Notes under the pieces: generated by a model
The model's input: the letters and a program-made list of their open reading frames with translations, nothing else
What the model was told of the DNA's origin: nothing
The model's database searches: none
IMG/VR virus record: IMGVR_UViG_3300028887_000075
Coordinates: 1 to 64,000 of that record
Source of the DNA: a virus
Lineage: Duplodnaviria; Caudoviricetes
Reading direction: 5' to 3' (one strand)
DNA length: 64,000 nt
Made by a program: the position numbers and the translations under genes
In this document: positions 8,243 to 17,023 of the stretch, in pieces
Layout of the letters: every line of letters starts with the position of its first letter
Numbering within the stretch: the first letter of the stretch is position 1

Positions 8243-9061
8243 ATGGCTAAGGCTGCTGTAATGGACGAGGAAATCGACCAGCTGATGCGGGAGACCTCGG
8301 AATACAAGATTATAGGGAAGGAGGCCGAGACAGCCTGCTTCAAGATTTACCACGGGGACTACTCCAGGGAAATCCGGGAGGGGGCCAAGCTCAAGGTCAT
8401 CCAGTCCAACCTCCGCATGGCGCTGAAGCTCGCCATGGACTACCACAGGATGACGGGCATGCCGGTCTCCGATTTCTACACGGACGGCAAGCTGGGCCTG
8501 CTCGACGCCTTCTACCGATACGACTGGCAGACGGGGGTCAAGTTCGCATCGTATGCAATCTGGTACATGCGCACCCGCATGTCCAGCACTGTCAACGAGC
8601 ATGACCTCATTAGGGTTCCGGTACGCCTCAGGAAGAAGGTCCTCAAGGCCATCAAGGAAGGTAGGCCGACCGAGTGGATTCGCTACGGGCAGGAGGCCGA
8701 GTCAGCAATCATGCATACCTTCTCGATGGATACCCCGGTGGAATCCTGTGACGACATGGACGGCGACATCACGGTCGGGGACACCATTCCCGATGCAGCC
8801 ACCGAGACCACCCCTGTAGACCATGCGCACGAGGCCGAGCTGGTCCGGCAACAGCTGGACAACGAGCTGAAGACCCGGTTGACACCGGAGGAGAGTGCAC
8901 TCATCAGACACCTGTACGGTCTGGGAGGAGAAGAATATAGTTTGGATGATGTAGCGGCCGAGACAGGCTCGAGCAAGGACTGGGCGAGGAGGGTGAAGAC
9001 CCGCGCACTGGAAAAGCTCCGCGACGGCACCAGGCTCAACCGCTTGAGAACCGAGGTCTAG
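8243..9061 (+). CDS. RNA polymerase sigma70-family factor (regions 2-4); start may be 8213
   Basis: QSNLRMALKLA, GKLGLLDAFYRYDWQTGVKFASYAIWY, LIRVPV, and C-terminal HTH YSLDDVA...RALEKLR. Confidence 0.88.
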   Translation: MAKAAVMDEEIDQLMRETSEYKIIGKEAETACFKIYHGDYSREIREGAKLKVIQSNLRMALKLAMDYHRMTGMPVSDFYTDGKLGLLDAFYRYDWQTGVKFASYAIWYMRTRMSSTVNEHDLIRVPVRLRKKVLKAIKEGRPTEWIRYGQEAESAIMHTFSMDTPVESCDDMDGDITVGDTIPDAATETTPVDHAHEAELVRQQLDNELKTRLTPEESALIRHLYGLGGEEYSLDDVAAETGSSKDWARRVKTRALEKLRDGTRLNRLRTEV

Positions 9062-9064
9062 AAT

Positions 9065-9985
9065 GTGGGTATACTCAGCAGAATCAAGAAGTTCGTCACC
9101 GGCGAGTCCCAGGAAGACGAGTGGGAACTAGAAGGGGACAAGGAGACAGACGAAATGCCATACTACAACGACTACGACGAGGCGCCTACCGTAATCTACA
9201 GCGACTCACCCCAGATGCCCCAGGAAATCAAGGGCGGCGGGAACCCGGACCGCCTCAACAACGCCACCATGAGGGAAGTGGCCCGCATCAACGCACAGAA
9301 CCCGATTCCCGGACAGGTGGTCTCCCCGCAGCAGCGCCGCATGAACCGGCAGCCTGCCGGTGCACCCCGGAGGTTCGCGGGAGCTCCCCGGCAGAGACAA
9401 CAGCAGCAGTTCGCCCAGCAGCAGCTCGCCCAGCAGCAACAGCAGCAGTGGCAGCAGCAGGAATGGGAACGCCAGCAGTGGGAGCAGCAACAGCAGGAGC
9501 AGGACCAGCAGATGCAGCAGCAGGCCTTCTACCAGCAGCAGCAGGCATACTACCAGCAGGCACCGCAGGTCGAGACCAAGAACAAGGACATAGAGCGTGC
9601 ACCAGCACAGTTCGGCGAGCCGTACTACGAGATGATTGTGGCCAACGGGAAGTACCACTTCTACGTGGACCTCCCGGGCGTGAAGCCGAGCGACATCGCA
9701 GTGTCCTACGTGAACATGAACCTGGTGATTACCGGGAAGCGCCAGCTGCACTCCAACCAGATGGCACCCAAGGTCAAGGGCAAGGGGAACAAGGGCAAGA
9801 AGCCGGATTTCGCTGCGCAGGTCACCATTCCCCCGTTTGCCGAGAACTTCAACTACAGCTTCTACTTCCCCAGGGTCGTAGACCAGAACTCCTTCAAGAG
9901 CTCACTGGCAGACGGCGTGCTCCACATCGAGATGGACATCCTGGGTGAATCCGGACCCGGAGGGGTTCAGATTTCGATAGGCTAA
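9065..9985 (+). CDS. Small heat shock protein (Hsp20/alpha-crystallin) with long Gln-rich N-terminal region
   Basis: FYVDLPGVKPSDIAVSY..NLVITGKR and SSLADGVLHIEM; poly-Q tract ~9400-9560. Confidence 0.8.
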   Translation: MGILSRIKKFVTGESQEDEWELEGDKETDEMPYYNDYDEAPTVIYSDSPQMPQEIKGGGNPDRLNNATMREVARINAQNPIPGQVVSPQQRRMNRQPAGAPRRFAGAPRQRQQQQFAQQQLAQQQQQQWQQQEWERQQWEQQQQEQDQQMQQQAFYQQQQAYYQQAPQVETKNKDIERAPAQFGEPYYEMIVANGKYHFYVDLPGVKPSDIAVSYVNMNLVITGKRQLHSNQMAPKVKGKGNKGKKPDFAAQVTIPPFAENFNYSFYFPRVVDQNSFKSSLADGVLHIEMDILGESGPGGVQISIG

Positions 9986-10004
9986 ATTTTGGATGTGGAT
10001 ACAA

Positions 10005-10034
10005 GGAAGGACCGGGAGAAATCCCGGTCCTTTC
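10005..10034. terminator. Bidirectional terminator
   Basis: AAGGACCGGGA-GAAA-TCCCGGTCCTTT. Confidence 0.8.
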
Positions 10035-10037
10035 TGA

Positions 10038-10403
10038 TTATTTTCGCTTTCCGCAGTTGCAGCCCTTTCGGACTGTCTGGTAGCCCTTCCGGACCACTCC
10101 GCTGACTTTATAGATTGCCTTCAGTCCCGTAGTCCCCACCTTTCCCGGCAACGACACGCCCGCCCTCCTCAGTTTCTCTGGCAAAAGGAAGTTCAGGTCC
10201 TTCACCTCGGGGAAATCGATTACCAGCCGGTCGATTGCCCGGATGCCGCTGTAGGTCTGCCCGTCCGCACCGACGTACTTCACGTCGGATGCATCCGGGG
10301 AGCCCGGGGTGTACTTCATGCGCTCGCCCAGGCGCTTCTCGAGGAAGCGCTTGTAGTTGGTGCACAGTGGGCACGAGGCGTCGTATATCAGCTCCGGAAC
10401 CAT
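10038..10403 (-). CDS. DCC1-like (DUF393) thiol-disulfide oxidoreductase
   Basis: N-terminal LIYDASCPLC (DxxCxxC) motif. Confidence 0.7.
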   Translation of the reverse strand: MVPELIYDASCPLCTNYKRFLEKRLGERMKYTPGSPDASDVKYVGADGQTYSGIRAIDRLVIDFPEVKDLNFLLPEKLRRAGVSLPGKVGTTGLKAIYKVSGVVRKGYQTVRKGCNCGKRK

Positions 10404-10404
10404 C

Positions 10405-11493
10405 CTAGCTCCTGCAGACGTATCCGCCCTTCATCGACTGGGTCGTCACTTCGCCACTGGGAAGGACGTAGGTAGTTTTCGGGGAGACTTCGGTATAACT
10501 GAATTCCTTGTCGTCACCTCCCGCAGCCTTCTTGTAGCAGCCGAGGATGTTGTCGAGGGCGTCGCCGATGTCGTCCATAGTCTGTTCCCGTGCGAAGTTC
10601 TGTGCGAGCTCCATCGGACCTGGGTCGACGGTCCGGCCGTCAAATCCCCTGGCGTCCAGGTCTCGGTCGTTGAACTTGGCAATCTTGTCGGCCTGGTCCA
10701 AAGACGCGCTGTCCACCTTGGTAAGTTCGTCCTGGTCGAAGAAGAACTCCGGCCATACGCCGTCCTGGGACACAGCGTGGTCGCACTTGCAGTCGGTCGG
10801 CTTCGCGGTCCTAATCATGGCACCGTCGTTGTCCTTCACCACGAAGAGCATCGGGATGCCGGATGCGGACACGACGTCACCGAGTTTGAACGGGTTGTTA
10901 CAGAGACCCGAGTTGCATTCGCAGAGGTACTTCCGGGAGAATTCCCGGCCCATGCCGCGTTCCACCGATTCGCCGAACGGGCTGAAACCGCCCTTGATAC
11001 CGCGCTTGAGACTCTTTCCCAGGCTGTTCATGCAGTCTGTCTGGGGCTCTGCACCGTTGGGACTGTTCTCGTCCCCAAGCATCTGCTCGATGCCTGTCTT
11101 GAGTTGCTCGGTGGCCTTGGAAACGTCATCGGCCACCTCGGCGCCCTGCTTGGCTTCCTCGGCCAGCTGGGCTGCACCGTCGTCCGGCTGCACCGTGGGG
11201 GCGTCCTCCTCGAACAGGGGACCGTTCTCGATAGCCTTGCCGTGGTCGTCTGTGAAAGTGGCATTGCCGGAACTCCCGTATGCCTTCCCGTCCTTCGGCT
11301 GCTGGGGCACGTCGGCCACCTCCTCCGGGGGAACCTGGGTCTTCAGGGTCTTGTACTTCCCGCTGTAGTCGTTGTCCTCGTAGGTACGCACCGTGGCAGG
11401 CACGTCCTCCTCCTCGGGAGTCGATTCGACATTGGAGGACGTCGCCTCCACCATCTTCGTAAGCTTGAGCAGCTGTTCCAGTTCGTCAAACAT
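10405..11493 (-). CDS. Acidic hypothetical (putative virion) protein
   Basis: Start MFDELEQ downstream of TATAAACT at 11525-11532; follows the terminase. Confidence 0.7.
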   Translation of the reverse strand: MFDELEQLLKLTKMVEATSSNVESTPEEEDVPATVRTYEDNDYSGKYKTLKTQVPPEEVADVPQQPKDGKAYGSSGNATFTDDHGKAIENGPLFEEDAPTVQPDDGAAQLAEEAKQGAEVADDVSKATEQLKTGIEQMLGDENSPNGAEPQTDCMNSLGKSLKRGIKGGFSPFGESVERGMGREFSRKYLCECNSGLCNNPFKLGDVVSASGIPMLFVVKDNDGAMIRTAKPTDCKCDHAVSQDGVWPEFFFDQDELTKVDSASLDQADKIAKFNDRDLDARGFDGRTVDPGPMELAQNFAREQTMDDIGDALDNILGCYKKAAGGDDKEFSYTEVSPKTTYVLPSGEVTTQSMKGGYVCRS

Positions 11494-11539
11494 CTCGGTG
11501 ACCGTTCGTGAATTGCTATTCCAGAGTTTATATTTAGGG

Positions 11540-13201
11540 CTATGCCCCGACAAGTTCCTTGGGAAGCTCCGGGAGCTTCCCGGTGGCCAGCGCGGACATT
11601 GCCCGCTGCTCCTTCAGGGCTACCGGGTCCGCCGCGGTGATTATCGCAGCCTTCATGTCCTCCCTCATCTCCGACCCGGCAAAGGTAATCTCCAGAGCGT
11701 CGAAGAACTTCAGGTCCTCGTGCTTGCCCGGGAACCAGTTGCTCTCCATGAAGTACACGCACCAGTACAGGGAGGTGACGTGGTCGTCGTGGTTGCCACC
11801 GGAAGCTCCCCAGGTGAACTGGTTCAGCTTCGTGAAGGACATCAGCTCGTTGATGGTCTTCTCGTCCTTCAGCTGCAGGTATCCCCTCTGGACATACAGC
11901 TTCAGGAGCATCACCGCCGTGGTCTTGATGGGGTTCGTCGAGTAGATGCCGCGGAAGTACTGGTCGTAGTTCACCAGGTTGTCATACCCGAGCTTCTCGA
12001 ACATAGTCTTGTGGGCAGTCATGCCCGAACCGCCGTTGAACTCGATTGTCAGCGGGGGGTTGCCGTACATCTTCAGGATGGAGGCCGCCATCGAGCAGAA
12101 GTCCTCCACGGTGACAGTGTTCGATGACAGCACCAGCACCTGCTCGGCGCGTATCGAGGTCTTCGCCAGCAGTATCTGGAGGACGTGGTAGTCCTGGCGC
12201 ATGCCGAAGCCGGTATCCAGTGCAGCCACGTAGGTCCAGTCGTTCTTCTCCATTATCTGGGGATTGATGGGCTGCGCGAATACCCTCAGGGAATAGTCCT
12301 TGGGGACCCCCGGGATGTTGAACGGCTTGGATGGCTTCAGAATCTGCAGGGTCTTGTAGTCGATGAGCGTCGTGGCTGAACCGATGAACTCGCATAGGTA
12401 TTCCTGGCGGAACCTCTGCTCGCCGATACGGGCCTCCTCGTCGATGCCCCACTGGGCCTCGCGGCCGGGAACCTCGTTCCAGAGCACGGTAGACCGGACG
12501 TATTTCGATTGGAGTTCATGCGGGGTTGCTGTCTCCTCGTCGACTCCGTCCTCCCACATGTTGTAGAAATGGTTTAGGCCGGCGGGAGTGGACGTGATGA
12601 TAATTCTTGTTGTCTTACCGGATGAAATGGTAGGCATCACGGATGCCATGAACTCGTCGGCCATACCGGGACGAAGGAAGGCGAACTCATCCAAGTACAA
12701 CAGGTTAGGACTGAATCCCCTTATACCATCAGGGCTGGACGCTGCCACCATTATGCGGCAACCGTTGGAGAATTGTATACTCATCTTGTTCCACAGTTTT
12801 ACTCCCGGTTGCAGCCAGAATGGCAGCGCGACATACGACTCGCGCAATAACTGGAGCTGTTCCTTGGCCAGCATCAGCTTGTTTGCCAGCATCGCTACCA
12901 GTTTGTCCTGGTGGAACATCGCGTACCACAGTATGAAGGCCCTAACGACGGTTGACTTTCCCACCTGCCGGGACCAACGGTTGATATTGAAGCGGTACTT
13001 CAGGAACCTCATGATGGCTTTATCCTGGAAAGGATACGTCTTCATGAGCTGCATTCCGTTGTCCTTCGTGTTGATATACACGTAGTGCCGGATGAAGTAG
13101 ATGGGGTCCTTGGCGCACTTCTTAATCTCCTGTATCTGCCAGGGTTTCAGCGCGACTTTCTCGTTGGCATCCCTAAGGTTATGTATACCGTTGAAAGGCA
13201 T
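11540..13201 (-). CDS. terL: Terminase large subunit, T4 gp17-like
   Basis: Walker A SRQVGKST, Walker B LYLDEFAF, STPAGLNHFY, RFRQEYLCEF, nuclease ALDTGFG and HDDHV. Confidence 0.93.
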   Translation of the reverse strand: MPFNGIHNLRDANEKVALKPWQIQEIKKCAKDPIYFIRHYVYINTKDNGMQLMKTYPFQDKAIMRFLKYRFNINRWSRQVGKSTVVRAFILWYAMFHQDKLVAMLANKLMLAKEQLQLLRESYVALPFWLQPGVKLWNKMSIQFSNGCRIMVAASSPDGIRGFSPNLLYLDEFAFLRPGMADEFMASVMPTISSGKTTRIIITSTPAGLNHFYNMWEDGVDEETATPHELQSKYVRSTVLWNEVPGREAQWGIDEEARIGEQRFRQEYLCEFIGSATTLIDYKTLQILKPSKPFNIPGVPKDYSLRVFAQPINPQIMEKNDWTYVAALDTGFGMRQDYHVLQILLAKTSIRAEQVLVLSSNTVTVEDFCSMAASILKMYGNPPLTIEFNGGSGMTAHKTMFEKLGYDNLVNYDQYFRGIYSTNPIKTTAVMLLKLYVQRGYLQLKDEKTINELMSFTKLNQFTWGASGGNHDDHVTSLYWCVYFMESNWFPGKHEDLKFFDALEITFAGSEMREDMKAAIITAADPVALKEQRAMSALATGKLPELPKELVGA

Positions 13202-13283
13202 CTAAGAAAAATGCTCCTTGGACCAAAAAAGAACCAGTTCACCATTGAAACCAGTCCCAAACATTAGTAGTTTATATACTGTA

Positions 13284-14333
13284 ATGAAAAGTCTTATAAT
13301 CACCGCATTTTCTGAGTCCGGCAACCCCATGATGGACCGGTTCCGCCACCGGAACCTGCAGGAGTGCATCTCCCGGTGCCACCAGGTTTTCCTCTCGTCC
13401 GACCACTGTGTCGCGGTGCAGGGTGCGAGCCCGTGGCTCGACTCCATTGAATTCAATGGAATACGCGTAAACCTGGAATCTCCCGGTAGCTTCCGGAAGC
13501 CCCTGCTGCTCAACGCGGCGGTACGGGAGAACCCGGGATACGACATGTACATGATGGTGGACGCCGACGTGTATCTCACGGAGCCACTGGTAAACTACGC
13601 GGTGGCCAACTGCGCTCCCGGTAGGCTCGTGTATCCCTACGGGGACACGGTATACATGGACGAGACCGACACCCGTTCCCTGTGCTCAACCGGCAAGCTG
13701 CTGCCCGGCGAGAAGGACCACGGCGTGACAATCCGCCGCCAGACGGGGCTGTGCATGGCGTTTACCGGGAGCGACTTCGAGGCGGTCGCCGGGTTTGACG
13801 AGGCGTTTTCCGGGTGGGGAGCCGAGGATGACGCGTTCATGTTCAAGTTCCGCCGCAAGGGATTCGAGGTCCTGAGAAATCCCGACAGGGCTGCCGTGGC
13901 GTATCATATGTTCCACCCGGTGGTGAGCACGCCGATGTACATAGCCGGCGACGAGTACAGGCACAACAGGGTATGCTGCGCGTGCATGCGCAGGATGAGC
14001 GACGAGGACTTCGCCGACTATCTTGCGGGAAATGTAGATATGGACTCCCTTGTCGCAAAATATAAGGCGATGGGGCGGCTGGAGGTCGAACTGAACTGGC
14101 GCTGCTGTCCAGAATGTACCCTGAACATAGACACCACGATATACGACATCGACCGTACCGGAGAGATGACCATGAGGAAGGTGCTAGACGCGGTACTTTC
14201 CGAGGATGGACCCGAGGGGATACTGGAATTTGCGGAGAATGTGCTCTACAGGATACCCGGACTGCCCGCGGAGATGAAGAAGGACATAGATTCATACTGC
14301 GATGACGCCAGGACTTCTCTTCATAAAGGATAG
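13284..14333 (+). CDS. Glycosyltransferase (GT-A; GT2/GT7-C-like)
   Basis: DAD motif (MVDADV) and GFDEAFSGWGAEDD. Confidence 0.8.
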   Translation: MKSLIITAFSESGNPMMDRFRHRNLQECISRCHQVFLSSDHCVAVQGASPWLDSIEFNGIRVNLESPGSFRKPLLLNAAVRENPGYDMYMMVDADVYLTEPLVNYAVANCAPGRLVYPYGDTVYMDETDTRSLCSTGKLLPGEKDHGVTIRRQTGLCMAFTGSDFEAVAGFDEAFSGWGAEDDAFMFKFRRKGFEVLRNPDRAAVAYHMFHPVVSTPMYIAGDEYRHNRVCCACMRRMSDEDFADYLAGNVDMDSLVAKYKAMGRLEVELNWRCCPECTLNIDTTIYDIDRTGEMTMRKVLDAVLSEDGPEGILEFAENVLYRIPGLPAEMKKDIDSYCDDARTSLHKG

Positions 14334-14973
14334 GGTGCGCCCCGAGTGGGACTCCAAGCAGGACATGCTGTCGATGGGAATCGCCGGCTACCTGTACGGG
14401 GAGTACTATTCGGAAGGCGCTGACGGCAGGCTCGTGGTGCAGTGCGCCGACGGGGTCGCCAAGGGTGTGCCCAACAGGCCGGCAATGTTCGCCGTAATCC
14501 ACGACGACCGGGAATATGCCGTTACCGCGTTCAGGAAGATAAGGCTGGGGGTGGACTTCCCGAGCTATCCTCTTCGTGAAAGGGACCTCGTGAGGAGGGA
14601 ACCTACCGGTGAGTTCGACGTGGTCATCGGCGGCAACTGTGACGAATGGGGCGATACGCTGAAGAATGCCGGGATTGACGGTAAGCGGGTCGCCGTCGCG
14701 GTTCCTTCATACAGGAACGCGACGAGGATTATCGAGGAGATAGGGAACCGTTGCGATGCGGTGAGGATTACGGGGGCTGACCTCCCGGTGACTGCCGCGC
14801 TGTACTCGGTCTGCCCGACGGTAATCCACCTGGGACACTGCCGGAAGGGATACCTGCACAGCATGGCGATGTATCACGCGGGGGTTCCCGGGAGGACCCT
14901 GGTGGAACGAGAGGCCACCGGGGGGTTCCCGGTAGGAAAAATGGAAGACTTTAAAATTTTTTTCATGAAATAG
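14302..14973 (+). CDS. Hypothetical protein overlapping the glycosyltransferase stop
   Basis: 223-aa ORF overlapping the upstream gene. Confidence 0.6.
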   Translation: MTPGLLFIKDRVRPEWDSKQDMLSMGIAGYLYGEYYSEGADGRLVVQCADGVAKGVPNRPAMFAVIHDDREYAVTAFRKIRLGVDFPSYPLRERDLVRREPTGEFDVVIGGNCDEWGDTLKNAGIDGKRVAVAVPSYRNATRIIEEIGNRCDAVRITGADLPVTAALYSVCPTVIHLGHCRKGYLHSMAMYHAGVPGRTLVEREATGGFPVGKMEDFKIFFMK

Positions 14974-14983
14974 GAGAGGGATT

Positions 14984-15211
14984 ATGAGGTGTTTGCTATA
15001 TTTGTGTGAGAATGTTGCCGACAGGTATGTCGTGCACTTCAAGATTGTAAGGCTGCTGAAGATACTGATGTTCACCGTGTTCGCGATAAACGCCGGGCGC
15101 ATAGCGTACCGGACGTGGAAATACGGGGGGTCCAAGGAGGTCCATACGGACAAGTGGGCCGGCTCCGGGGATGACGATATCGGCGGTGTCAAGATTGTAG
15201 GCGTGGAATAG
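14984..15211 (+). CDS. Small hypothetical protein (start uncertain, probably downstream of the promoter at 14993)
   Basis: TTGCTATATTTG at 14993-15004; fills the gap before the AAA gene. Confidence 0.4.
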   Translation: MRCLLYLCENVADRYVVHFKIVRLLKILMFTVFAINAGRIAYRTWKYGGSKEVHTDKWAGSGDDDIGGVKIVGVE

Positions 15212-15221
15212 GTTTGTTGCT

Positions 15222-16868
15222 ATGGCTGCTAAGGACGGGACGAAGGCCCTCGAGGACCTTCTGGTTAAGATTGAGATAGACAGCGACGACTGGGTGAAGA
15301 AGAGCGCCCGGGAGAAGCTGAAGATGCTGGTTGCGGAAGTCCGGATGAACTCCGAGAAGCTCGTGGGGGTGGCGGAGGACCTGGTTACGTCAATAGCCTC
15401 GATAGTGAGGGCGAATACCAGCAACCCCGCGGTCGACGCTTACCTGGGACTGCTGGAGACCGGCTTCGGGCTGATTAAGGCGAACACCGTGATGAACAAC
15501 GTGTTCGTATCTGCGAAGCATGAGGTGCACAACCAGTATGACGGGCTGGCAAAGTTCATGCGCATCGGCAGGGGAATCGACATGGTGGGCGACTCGATGG
15601 AGTCCACCTGCAGCATCTGCAAGGCGTTCATCTCCCTGACGCCGAAGGAACAGGCCAAGTACGGACTCCGTTTCCGCAAGGTGAGCGAGGAGGTGCCCGA
15701 GGACGACGACAAGAACGCTCCCCTCGTCACCATGATTGACACCGACTACACCTACAAGGGCGACACCTTCCGTATAGGCTTCGAGGTCAGCTACTACGAG
15801 CCCAAGAGGAAGGGCGACCGGCTCGGCGACGAGAGCAGCTACGCGTTCATCAACTTCGCCACCCCGATAGACCAGTTTGGCTTCGACGCGATGGAGTCCG
15901 TGCCCGCCATGATTTACGGGTGCTACATCGACCGGGTGGACATCAAGAAGAACATCATCAAGATTAAGAACGGGATACTCTATGTAGAACCCCGGGTGAA
16001 CATCGACTTCGACGTGAAGAACTTCGACCTGTACGACGATGACGGCAGGGTAATCAGGACGATGGAGACAGAGTCCGCCCTGATAAGGCGTATCCTGAAT
16101 GCCGGAGGCAGGCGTGGGTACATCGTGCAGGGCGACCAGGGCACCGGGAAGACCATCTCGGTCAACAAGATGCTAATGGGTTTCACCGACGTGCCTGTAT
16201 TCTGGATTTCCCCCGACTCGATTTCGAAGGCCGCCGGGATGGACAACGTGTTCCGTGTCCTCAACATGTTCCCGGGCAGCTTCTTCGTGTTCGACGACTT
16301 CGACGGGAACAACTTCTCGACCAAGAACGCTCTTACCGGCGCCTTCATCGACTACATCGACGAGACCAACTCCCCGCAGTACAGGGGAATCACGATACTC
16401 ATAATCAACGAGCCCCAGAAGCTCCACAGCACCATCAAGCTCCGCCCGGGCAGGATTGACGACATCATCTACGTCAGGAACCCGGGAGACGTTGCGCAGG
16501 TATGCGACGTCGTGGAGCAGACGTTCAGGCACCTGGGCCACGAGAAGCCCGACTGGGTCACCCCGGAGAACCCCGAGTTCGCCTCCGCGTGCGAGCCGGT
16601 ATTCGGCGCACACCTCACCCACGCATACATCGCCGGTGTCGTCACCGACATGGTCAAGTACTGCCCGGAGGACATTTCCGTCGGCAAGTTCCGGGAGCTC
16701 GTCTCCAGGAGGATTACGACCATAAAGTACGCCCGCATGGTGGCGATGGACGACGGCCACATCGTTGACGGAGGACCCCCGAAGGAGATTGTCCCGGAGG
16801 CAATAAACTCCGAATCCGACGACGAGGACATGGACGACATCTTCGATGACGGCGACCTTCCGATGTAA
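15222..16868 (+). CDS. AAA+ ATPase
   Basis: Walker A GDQGTGKT, Walker B FVFDDFD, arginine finger LRPGRIDD. Confidence 0.8.
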   Translation: MAAKDGTKALEDLLVKIEIDSDDWVKKSAREKLKMLVAEVRMNSEKLVGVAEDLVTSIASIVRANTSNPAVDAYLGLLETGFGLIKANTVMNNVFVSAKHEVHNQYDGLAKFMRIGRGIDMVGDSMESTCSICKAFISLTPKEQAKYGLRFRKVSEEVPEDDDKNAPLVTMIDTDYTYKGDTFRIGFEVSYYEPKRKGDRLGDESSYAFINFATPIDQFGFDAMESVPAMIYGCYIDRVDIKKNIIKIKNGILYVEPRVNIDFDVKNFDLYDDDGRVIRTMETESALIRRILNAGGRRGYIVQGDQGTGKTISVNKMLMGFTDVPVFWISPDSISKAAGMDNVFRVLNMFPGSFFVFDDFDGNNFSTKNALTGAFIDYIDETNSPQYRGITILIINEPQKLHSTIKLRPGRIDDIIYVRNPGDVAQVCDVVEQTFRHLGHEKPDWVTPENPEFASACEPVFGAHLTHAYIAGVVTDMVKYCPEDISVGKFRELVSRRITTIKYARMVAMDDGHIVDGGPPKEIVPEAINSESDDEDMDDIFDDGDLPM

Positions 16869-16900
16869 GAAAAAAATAACATCGCGTGGAACACCCATGA

Positions 16901-16948
16901 AATCTAGATGTTGTGGATTTTTGCCCGTTTGAGCACTAGATATTGTGG
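16901..16948 (+). promoter_or_regulatory. Tandem NrdR boxes upstream of nrdD
   Basis: AATCTAGATGTTGTGG (16901-16916) and GCACTAGATATTGTGG (16933-16948), 32 bp apart, resembling the consensus acaCwAtATaTwGtgt. Confidence 0.7.
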
Positions 16949-17023
16949 ATTTACGGCTTGTTTCCCGCCGGGAAATCCTATAAACAGAAACCGCTTTGGA
17001 AACAGAAAAGAGGAATTTGAAGT

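Noticed and set aside
10357-11511. Long antisense/alternative-frame ORFs (also 5374-6444, 26445-27488, 29235-30518, 52774-53754)
   Set aside because: Shadow ORFs caused by high GC3 in the real genes on the opposite strand; no motifs or start signals
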